A stretch of 35,780 nucleotides of DNA from Minisyncoccota bacterium (GTDB taxonomy: Bacteria > Patescibacteriota > Minisyncoccia > UBA6257). Below the pieces are notes generated by a model that searched no databases, was not told the DNA's origin, and saw only the letters and a list, made by a program, of their open reading frames with translations. A program made the position numbers and the translations under genes. The DNA lies in assembly GCA_041654015.1 (NCBI GenBank), contig JBAZEI010000003.1:1-35780 (forward strand), in the 5' to 3' direction. The stretch's first letter is position 1, and each line of letters starts with the position of its first letter. Positions 18,413 to 24,925 of the stretch are shown here, piece after piece.

Positions 18413-19751
18413 TTCCCTTTTCTTTTTTAATTTTTGTCTTTTTGTTTGTCGTTTTTTTGGGTTTTTCTATTAGTTTTTCTGGTGATGGTGAGTTTTTGAT
18501 TTCAGCATTTTTTACTTCTTTTGTCAATGGTGTTGGAATTTCAATATTTTCTGTTTCTGATTTTTCTTCAATTTCAGCAATACCGCCTTCTATTTTCTCT
18601 TCAGGCGATAGAGCCGAACGAATATCAATCTTCCAGCCAGTAAGTCTTGCTGCCAATCGCGCATTTTGTCCGTTTTTGCCGATGGCTAAAGATAATTGCT
18701 CCGGAGGAACAAAAACCCGTACCTCTCTTCTTTCAGAAATAACTTCTGCTTCTGAAATTTTAGCCGGACCCAAGGCAGCAGCAACATATTTTGCCGGCTC
18801 TTCAGAATAAGGAATAATATCTATTTTTTCTCCGTTAAGCTCGTCAATGACCGTTATTACTCTCGTGCCTTTTTGGCCGACGCAAGCTCCTACTGGATCA
18901 ATTCCTTCTTCTTTGGATTCTACAGCTATTTTTGTTCTACTGCCTGGTTCACGGGCAATAGATTTTATTTCCACAACACCTTCGGAAATTTCAGGCACTT
19001 CCATTTCAAATAATCCGGAAACAAATTTCGGATGAGAACGGGATAATAAAATTACTGGGCCCCTGCCCTTTTCTTCCAAACGAAGAACATAAAATTTTTT
19101 TCTTTCCCCTACTCGATAATATTCTCTGGGGATTCCTTCATTTGCGTAAAGAACACCGAAAGTTTTTCCTAAATCAACATAGATATTTTGTCTTTCAATT
19201 CTTTGAATAACACCGCTTACTATTTTTCCTTCTTTTTCTTTAAATTCTGAAATAATAGTTTCCTTTTCCAGCTCTTTTAGTTTTTGAAGGATTACTTGTT
19301 TTGCTGTTTGGGCGGCAATGCGGCTAAAATCACTCTTTACTTCCAAAGGAAAAATTAATTCTTCGCCAACTTCACAGTCTGGTTTTATTTTTTTGGCTTC
19401 CTCTAAAAGAATATGCCTTTCAGAATTAAATTTTATTTTTCGTGGTTCTTGCTCTTCTGCTTGTTTATCCATGTCGTCAGTTTCATCTCTTTTATTTTCT
19501 GTTTTGATATTTTCTAATTCTTCGTCAGAAACAATTGAAGATTCATCAACAACAATTTTGGTTTGCCAGAATTTTAGAGAACCGTCGTCCGGATTAATTT
19601 TGGCATGAACTATTTGGCTTTTTTTGCCGTATTCTTTTTTGTAGGCAGCGGCAAAAGCAATTTCTAAAGCCTCAAACACGCTTTCTTCTGTCAGTCCTTT
19701 TTCGTCAGCGATTTGGCGGATCAATGGTTTTAATGTTTTTAAATTCAACAT
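18396..19751 (-). CDS. nusA: Transcription termination/antitermination factor NusA
   Basis: LIRQIADEKGLTEESVFEALEIAFAAAYKKEYG (NusA N-domain), an S1-like segment (GKIVSGVIQRIERQNIYVDLG) and KH motifs (GACVGQKGTRV; AIGKNGQNARLAARLTGWKIDI). It has a K-rich C-terminal tail. Confidence 0.9.
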   Translation of the reverse strand: MLNLKTLKPLIRQIADEKGLTEESVFEALEIAFAAAYKKEYGKKSQIVHAKINPDDGSLKFWQTKIVVDESSIVSDEELENIKTENKRDETDDMDKQAEEQEPRKIKFNSERHILLEEAKKIKPDCEVGEELIFPLEVKSDFSRIAAQTAKQVILQKLKELEKETIISEFKEKEGKIVSGVIQRIERQNIYVDLGKTFGVLYANEGIPREYYRVGERKKFYVLRLEEKGRGPVILLSRSHPKFVSGLFEMEVPEISEGVVEIKSIAREPGSRTKIAVESKEEGIDPVGACVGQKGTRVITVIDELNGEKIDIIPYSEEPAKYVAAALGPAKISEAEVISERREVRVFVPPEQLSLAIGKNGQNARLAARLTGWKIDIRSALSPEEKIEGGIAEIEEKSETENIEIPTPLTKEVKNAEIKNSPSPEKLIEKPKKTTNKKTKIKKEKGNENSN

Positions 19752-19920
19752 TTTATTATTTTTTTAAAACTTTTATTATCTATTAAGAGAGATCGCCTCA
19801 AGCGATCTCTTCAACAGCTGATACTATTATACATTTTTCTAAAAAAAAGTCAATTTTAGCCAGCTAATTATTAATAAATAGAAATTTGTAATCTCTAAAG
19901 AAACATTCTAAAATAAAGAG

Positions 19921-20298
19921 ATGAAACCAAAATCAATCGGTTATTTTGGTGAAGAAAAAGCAGCGCTTTATCTTCAAAATAATCATTATGAGATTATTCA
20001 AAGAAATTTTAGAAAAAAGTGGGGTGAAATTGATATTGTCGCCAAAGATAAAAAAACCAAAGAAATAGTTTTTATAGAAGTAAAAACAAGAAAAGCCAAT
20101 AATTTTAATGGTTTAATGCCAGAAGAGGCGTTAACTAAAAAAAAGATTAGTCATTTAAAACGAATTTTTTTAAGTTATCTCAATCAGTATAATTTAGAAG
20201 AGAATGCTTGGCGTTTTGACTTTATTGCTGTGGAACTTGAAAAAAATACGCAAGACCAAGTAATCAAGCATTATAAAGATATATTTTTGGAATTTTAA
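19921..20298 (+). CDS. yraN: YraN-family (UPF0102) endonuclease-like protein
   Basis: GEEKAALYLQNNHYEIIQRNFRKKWGEIDIVAKDKKTKEIVFIEVKTR...RFDFIAV, a typical YraN pattern. Confidence 0.85.
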   Translation: MKPKSIGYFGEEKAALYLQNNHYEIIQRNFRKKWGEIDIVAKDKKTKEIVFIEVKTRKANNFNGLMPEEALTKKKISHLKRIFLSYLNQYNLEENAWRFDFIAVELEKNTQDQVIKHYKDIFLEF

Positions 20299-20323
20299 GA
20301 TTTTTATCAAAATTTAATCAAAT

Positions 20324-20629
20324 TGTTTCACGCACAACATTGTGTGTAACAAAGTGTGAAACATTGTGTGAAACAAAGTGTGAAACATTTTTGAATTGTT
20401 TCACGCGCAACATTGTGTGAAACAAAGTGTGAAACAATATTAACAGAGCGGTTTTTAAAGTTTGGCTCAAAGATTTGGCTTATTTTAGCGCAAACCTGGT
20501 TAGAAAACCAGGTTTTGGCTTTATAGAGCCAAAAATAACTTTAATAGAGGGAAAATGAATCAAATTGTTTCACGCGCAACATTGTGTGAAACAAAGTGTG
20601 AAACATTGTGTGTAACAAAGTGTGAAACA
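20324..20629. repeat. Array of 13 TGTG(A/T)AACA sites in three blocks flanking a ~120-bp hairpin-rich core
   Basis: Ten direct copies at strict 12-bp phasing, starting at 20343, 20355, 20367, 20379; 20415, 20427; 20585, 20597, 20609, 20621. Each block is preceded by an inverted copy TGTTTCACG (20324, 20397, 20566). Confidence 0.95.
20492..20516 (+). terminator. Stem-loop AAACCTGGTT-AGAA-AACCAGGTTT followed by T; possible intrinsic terminator in the core of the repeat array
   Basis: 10-bp perfect stem with a T-run partly inside the stem. A second hairpin TTGGCT-TTATAG-AGCCAA follows at about 20514-20531. Confidence 0.4.
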
Positions 20630-20810
20630 ATTTAGTTTAGCGAATAGTGTTTATTGGGCAATATTAAAAACTTTCTTTGATTAAAATCCAGAGGATTTTA
20701 CAGAATGATTCTCTTCCAGTGTTTCCACCGGCTGTAATTTTTGATGAATTCTTTTCTATTAAAACGAGGCGCAAGGCGCCGAGCGAGGCGAATTCCGTTA
20801 TAAATGAATT

Positions 20811-20998
20811 TTGGTGGACCCGAGGGGAATCGAACCCCTGCTTCGGCAACTTGCCCGCCTAAATTGTTATTTGTGTGGACTTAGCGAGAATCGAACTCGC
20901 ATTTCCGCAATGCGAATGCGGTGTACTACCATTGTACTATAAGCCCAGCAATTTAGGCGGGTGAACGAATGCCGTGTAATGCCACTATACTACGGGCC
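20811..20998 (-). tRNA. Interrupted outer tRNA-like gene (Ala-type acceptor G3:U70, A73, encoded CCA) with a 121-nt anticodon loop that contains tRNA-Ala(CGC)
   Basis: Minus strand: GGGCCCG-TA-GTAT-AGTGGCA-TTAC-A-CGGCA[121 nt]TGCCG-AAGC-AGGGG-TTCGATT-CCCCT-CGGGTCC-A-CCA. The acceptor, D, anticodon and T stems all pair, and the T-loop is canonical. Confidence 0.55.
20875..20945 (-). tRNA. tRNA-Ala (anticodon CGC), nested inside the outer tRNA-like gene
   Basis: GGGCTTA-TA-GTAC-AATGGTA-GTAC-A-CCGCA-TTCGCAT-TGCGG-AAAT-GCGAG-TTCGATT-CTCGC-TAAGTCC-A. G3:U70 and A73 are present. CCA not encoded. Confidence 0.9.
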
Positions 20999-21119
20999 CA
21001 AAGGAATTAGAAATTCTTTTATTATTTATTTGTTTTAAATAGAATAGCAAGAATGATTTTAATTGACAAGCGATAATTCTGGGTGTATATTCGCAATAGC
21101 TTAAAAATAAAAATTAACT

Positions 21120-21320
21120 ATGGGATGCAAAATGGAATTCAAAGTTGATAAATCAATTTGTATTGGTTGCGGCGCTTGTATCGGGATTTGCCCTAATGGG
21201 GCAATTAAAATAGAGAAGGATGGAAAATCCTCTATTGATCAAAAAAAGTGTAAACACTGCGGTGAGTGTCAAAAGGTGTGCCCGATGAAGGCTATCAAAG
21301 TAATTAAAAAGCTTAATTAA
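21120..21320 (+). CDS. 2x[4Fe-4S] ferredoxin
   Basis: CIGCGACIGICP and CKHCGECQKVCP motifs in 66 aa. The start may instead be the second ATG (MEFKV, 21132). Confidence 0.85.
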   Translation: MGCKMEFKVDKSICIGCGACIGICPNGAIKIEKDGKSSIDQKKCKHCGECQKVCPMKAIKVIKKLN

Positions 21321-21332
21321 ATTAAGCTTTTT
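21306..21332. terminator. Perfect palindrome AAAAAGCTTAAT-TAA-ATTAAGCTTTTT, a bidirectional terminator-like hairpin
   Basis: 12-bp arms; the loop TAA is the ferredoxin stop codon. A- and T-runs flank it on both sides, and it lies between the ferredoxin gene (+) and tRNA-Pro (-). Confidence 0.6.
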
Positions 21333-21349
21333 AAAATTATGATATTTAG

Positions 21350-21423
21350 GTGGTCGGGGCATCCAGACTTGAACTGGAACTAAATCCTCCCAAAGGACTC
21401 GTGCTGCCATTACACTATGCCCC
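21350..21423 (-). tRNA. tRNA-Pro (anticodon TGG)
   Basis: CGGGGCA-TA-GTGT-AATGGCA-GCAC-G-AGTCC-TTTGGGA-GGATT-TAGT-TCCAG-TTCAAGT-CTGGA-TGCCCCG-A-CCA. It has C1:G72, G37 and an encoded CCA. Confidence 0.9.
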
Positions 21424-21431
21424 GCATTTGT

Positions 21432-21503
21432 GTCTCCCTGGGAGGAGTCGAACCTCCATCAACGGCTTAGAAGGCCGCCACTCTATCCATTGAGCTACAG
21501 GGA
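21432..21503 (-). tRNA. tRNA-Arg (anticodon TCT)
   Basis: CTCCCTG-TA-GCTC-AATGGATA-GAGT-G-GCGGC-CTTCTAA-GCCGT-TGAT-GGAGG-TTCGACT-CCTCC-CAGGGAG-A. CCA not encoded. It lies 8 nt from tRNA-Pro. Confidence 0.88.
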
Positions 21504-21587
21504 GTATTTTAATCTTATCATATCTTTGATTGAAATAAAAGATTTTTTTGTTTATAATGAAGTAAAAATGGGGCTTATGCTTTAAAG

Positions 21588-22673
21588 ATGAATATGTTGA
21601 AAGGAAAATTTGTAGTTTGCGCCTATTGTGGTAGAAAGATATATCGATCACTTACTGAATTACGCAGAAAATCTAAAACGGGAGTTTATTTTTGTAATCT
21701 ATCTTGTCATTGCGCTTGGAGAAATAAGCAAAGAAAAAGTAAGAAGAGATTCAAATTACTAAAAAATTTATGGGGATCGTGGTGTAATAGTAGCACTAGG
21801 ACCTGTGGAGTCCTCGGTACGGATGCAAATTCCGTCGATCCCCCATTTTTCTTTCTAAAATTTTTAAAGTCCAAGAAGAAAACTAACGCTTTATTTCTTA
21901 AGCGGCCATCAAAGAAAATTCTTTATAATCTTTATTGGAAAAAGAATTATACTCAAACTGAAATAGCTGAAATTTTTAATGCCACTCACACTAGCGTGAA
22001 GAGATGGTTTAACTATTATAGAATTCCAGTGAAGCGTCGAACTTTATCTTGTGGTCATAATCCTAATACTTTAAAGAATTTAAAATTAGGTCGCACAGAC
22101 AAAGCTATTAGAAAATCGGCAGAAGCAAGAAGAATTTATTCAAAAGAAAAACTCATTGAGAAAATAAAAGATTTTGTTCAAAAAGAAGGAAGAATTCCTA
22201 TAAAGAACGAATTTATTAATAATTCCTTCTATCCAGATTATGTTACTTACAGACATTATTTTGGCACTTGGAATAATGCTATCAAGGCAGCGGGCTACAA
22301 GCCAAATGAGCAATGGTTTACCTCAGGAAATTTATTTGCTAAAGATGGACATAAATGTGATTCAATTTCAGAAATAATCATTGACGATTGGTTGTTTGAA
22401 AATCATATTCCACACATTAGAGAGTATTTATACCCGGAAGGACGATATCGCTGTGATTTTATAGTTGGCGATACTTTTATTGAATTTTTTGGTTTATTTA
22501 ATATTTCTATTGTTCCAAATTATACTGAAATCATTAAAAGAAAAAAGGAAATATGTAGGAAATTTAATATTTCCCTTGTTGAACTCTACGAGAAGGATCT
22601 TTATAGATTAGATCAATCCTTAGGACCAAAAATTGGGGTTCCTTTTGCGTCGCATATTACAACAAAAACTTGA
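21588..22673 (+). CDS. Zinc-ribbon / HTH / homing-endonuclease-associated repeat / PD-(D/E)xK-like nuclease protein; the ORF reads straight through a tRNA-His gene
   Basis: N-terminus CAYCGRKIYRS...FCNLSCHC (zinc ribbon). HTH is YTQTEIAEIFNATHTSVKRWFNYY. GRIPIKNEFINNSFYPDYVTYRHYFGTWNNAIKAAGY is a homing-endonuclease-associated repeat style segment. The C-terminus DSISEIIIDDWLFENHIPHIREYLYPEGRYRCDFIVGDTFIEFFG looks like a restriction-endonuclease-like fold. There is no in-frame ATG after codon 3, and the first in-frame GTG/TTG lies inside the HTH. Confidence 0.6.
   Translation: MNMLKGKFVVCAYCGRKIYRSLTELRRKSKTGVYFCNLSCHCAWRNKQRKSKKRFKLLKNLWGSWCNSSTRTCGVLGTDANSVDPPFFFLKFLKSKKKTNALFLKRPSKKILYNLYWKKNYTQTEIAEIFNATHTSVKRWFNYYRIPVKRRTLSCGHNPNTLKNLKLGRTDKAIRKSAEARRIYSKEKLIEKIKDFVQKEGRIPIKNEFINNSFYPDYVTYRHYFGTWNNAIKAAGYKPNEQWFTSGNLFAKDGHKCDSISEIIIDDWLFENHIPHIREYLYPEGRYRCDFIVGDTFIEFFGLFNISIVPNYTEIIKRKKEICRKFNISLVELYEKDLYRLDQSLGPKIGVPFASHITTKT
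21772..21843 (+). tRNA. tRNA-His (anticodon GTG) with encoded G-1 and C73
   Basis: G(-1)-GGGATCG-TG-GTGT-AATAGTA-GCAC-T-AGGAC-CTGTGGA-GTCCT-CGGT-ACGGA-TGCAAAT-TCCGT-CGATCCC-C. G-1:C73 is the His hallmark. Unusual features: T-loop TGCAAAT (G at position 55) and a D-loop without GG. Confidence 0.75.
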
Positions 22674-22699
22674 CAAATTATTTTGTTTTGCTATAATAG

Positions 22700-22748
22700 A
22701 AATGCCGTTGTTTGAAGGAGCTTGCTCCAACGAACAGCGGCATTTTTT
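22700..22748 (+). terminator. Long imperfect hairpin plus T-run, downstream of the 21588-22673 ORF
   Basis: AAATGCCG...GGAGC-TT-GCTCC...CGGCATTT followed by TTTTT. Confidence 0.55.
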
Positions 22749-22755
22749 ATTAAAG

Positions 22756-22785
22756 AAAACAACCCCGATAATCGGGGTTGTTTTT
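22756..22785. terminator. Bidirectional terminator-like hairpin AAAACAACCCCGAT-A-ATCGGGGTTGTTTT
   Basis: Near-perfect palindrome flanked by an A-run and a T-run. It sits 12 nt from the stop of the minus-strand 614-aa gene. Confidence 0.7.
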
Positions 22786-22796
22786 GCTAGCAATTT

Positions 22797-24641
22797 TTAA
22801 TTCTGGCGCATAGTCCGACGACAAGTATATGCTAACCAAATATCGCGGGTTTTACTTTCTACTTTCGCTAAAGCCAATTGGCCCTTGGGATTAAACTTTA
22901 AGTAATACCAAATAGCAAAAGTCAGTATTAAGCTGATGATGGATGATATAAGGAAAGCATTTGGAGACCCGGTTTTAACAGTAGCTGCTCCGGCAACTAG
23001 ACCGTAAGTAATAGTAGCGCTGTCAGTTACTTTATTTTGGTTATCGGCTGTTGCTTCGGCAGTATTAGTTTGGCTGAGATAGGTAGGTGAGTAAGCGTTA
23101 GTGGATGCCTGAAAAGTAATGGTTTTGCTAGTTCCCCGGTAAATAGTGCCTAACGATAAACCTGTTGTTGTGATAGTATCAGGTTGTGTAATTCCGTTTA
23201 TCTTTGTAGTCCCTGACATATAGGTAAGGGTGCTAGGCAAAGGATCTTTAACAATAACATTATGAAGGTCTGTGTTGCTGCCAGCGTTTACAGTAAGGTG
23301 GAACTCAATAACATCTCCTTGAGTAATTTGGATTACTTTTGAATAAACTCTACTGCCGGAAGAAAGATTGCGGCCTAATTTAGTGAGACTTAAATTAGTT
23401 CCGATAGGAGTGGTATAAATTGTGACAGATTGAGATATTGACCCACAATTACTGTGGCCATAACAGGTTAAAGTGTAAGTAGTGTTATTAGATGGAGAAA
23501 TACTTTCAATTCCGCTGGTTGATTTTGTGCCAGTCCACCCATTTGAGGCGACACAATAACTTGTGTAGTTGCTGCCCCACCGAAGATAAGTGGTTTCTCC
23601 TTGGCTAAGACTATATTTATCAGCCCAAAGATTAATTGTTGGTGGATTAATACATTGGTTGCCGCTGCTATAGATATAAGCATTACAAGAAGTGCTAGCG
23701 CTTCTGCCTTGTGAATCAGAGACAGTTAAATATGCTGTATAGGTTCCAATATTTGAAAAAGATGTTTGGTAATAAGAATTATAGCCATAGGCTGAGCCAG
23801 ACCAATAATAAGAATAATTGCCTAAGCCGCCGCTAACATTACTATAAAAGGTTATGGTTTGGTTAGTTTGAGCTGAACTAGGAGAAGCATAACAAGAAAC
23901 AGAAAGAGGAGAAATTTCTTGTTTACAAACATCTAAACAGCTGGAATATGAAGTGTATGGCCCGGAATAATCTTGGTAACATTGCCAGGTATTAGTGTTG
24001 CAAGAGTATCTTATGGGAGCAGTACAATTAGCTTGGCAATTGCTTAAAGAAGTATATTGGCCATAATAATCTTGGTAACATTGCCAGGTATTAGTGTTGC
24101 AAGAATATCTTATGGGAGCAGTACAATTAGCTTGGCAAGTGCTTAAGGAAGTATAGGGGCCATGGCTATCTTGGTAGCATTGCCAGGTAGAGGTATTACA
24201 AGCATAATGAGTAACTGGCGCTTGGCAATTAGCCTGACAAGTGCTTAAAGAAGTATATTGGCCAGACCCGCAATTAGCTTCAACACATTGCCAGGTATTA
24301 GTGTTACAGTTATATGTGGTATGGCATAGAGGATGAGTTGTTGTAGTGGTCATTACAATATGAGGGCGAGTTGTTGTGGTAGTCTGGCAGGTGCCACTAT
24401 GGCATAAGGGATGGCTAGCTATTATTGGAGTAGTATCGTTATCATGATGATTCTCATAATGGCTATCTATATCTGTATAGTTTTCAACAATACCACTGCC
24501 AGTAACTATAATTGCGGCTTCAGTATAAATTGGCGCCATTAATTCAAATAACAAAAACCCGCCTGTTAAAAGGCTTAAAATTATGTTTTTTTGCTCTGTT
24601 TTAAAATTAAATAATCTCATATTTTTATTAAATTTTTTCAT
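22797..24641 (-). CDS. Secreted or cell-surface protein: four 4-Cys modules, PKD/Ig-like domains, a DUF11-like repeat and a C-terminal hydrophobic anchor
   Basis: Signal/anchor (IILSLLTGGFLLFELMAPIYTEAA). Four ~33-aa modules follow, of the form CNTNTWQC(Y/V)..x..YTSLS.CQANC.AP. Next comes a PKD-like segment (SGGLGNYSYYWSG...YTAYLTVSDSQG) and then LTVNAGSNTDLHNVIVKDPLPSTLTYMSGTTKINGI (DUF11 style). The end is AATVKTGSPNAFLISSIISLILTFAIWYYLKFNPKG. Confidence 0.75.
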   Translation of the reverse strand: MKKFNKNMRLFNFKTEQKNIILSLLTGGFLLFELMAPIYTEAAIIVTGSGIVENYTDIDSHYENHHDNDTTPIIASHPLCHSGTCQTTTTTRPHIVMTTTTTHPLCHTTYNCNTNTWQCVEANCGSGQYTSLSTCQANCQAPVTHYACNTSTWQCYQDSHGPYTSLSTCQANCTAPIRYSCNTNTWQCYQDYYGQYTSLSNCQANCTAPIRYSCNTNTWQCYQDYSGPYTSYSSCLDVCKQEISPLSVSCYASPSSAQTNQTITFYSNVSGGLGNYSYYWSGSAYGYNSYYQTSFSNIGTYTAYLTVSDSQGRSASTSCNAYIYSSGNQCINPPTINLWADKYSLSQGETTYLRWGSNYTSYCVASNGWTGTKSTSGIESISPSNNTTYTLTCYGHSNCGSISQSVTIYTTPIGTNLSLTKLGRNLSSGSRVYSKVIQITQGDVIEFHLTVNAGSNTDLHNVIVKDPLPSTLTYMSGTTKINGITQPDTITTTGLSLGTIYRGTSKTITFQASTNAYSPTYLSQTNTAEATADNQNKVTDSATITYGLVAGAATVKTGSPNAFLISSIISLILTFAIWYYLKFNPKGQLALAKVESKTRDIWLAYTCRRTMRQN

Positions 24642-24925
24642 TTATTTTTAGCGAACCGCTCCTTTGCTTAACTGATTAAAATAATAGCATATACTATTAT
24701 AATTGTCAATAGTGAATGAGATATTATGCTTGATGGCTGAAAATAGTTAGATCCAGTTAATAAACATTATCACAAAATATAATGAATGTCAACATTAATT
24801 AAAAATTAAATAAAAAAAATAAAAAATCAAGAAGATAAAGATAAAATAAAATAATGATAAAATTGATTTTTAAGAAAATAAGAGTTAGAATAAATACAAA
24901 GATCTTGTAAAGATCTTCTTTATTT

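Noticed and set aside
20317-20632. CRISPR array
   Set aside because: The repeats are 12-bp units packed head to tail with no unique spacers, and no cas genes are in the window.
20317-20632. oriC with DnaA boxes
   Set aside because: TGTGAAACA / TGTTTCACA differs from the TTATCCACA consensus at more than a trivial position. No dnaA or dnaN is adjacent and no AT-rich unwinding element is evident. Kept only as something GC-skew analysis could revisit.
20664-20862. 61-aa ORFs on both strands next to or over the tRNA cluster
   Set aside because: They overlap the 3' half of the outer tRNA-like gene and a GC-rich hairpin region. They are short with no supporting features.
22692-22748. Small RNA gene driven by the TATAAT at 22692-22697
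   Set aside because: The -10-like hexamer lies only ~3 nt upstream of the hairpin start, so a transcript starting at the usual distance would begin inside the 5' arm, and there is no convincing -35. The hairpin plus T-run is better explained as the terminator of the upstream ORF.
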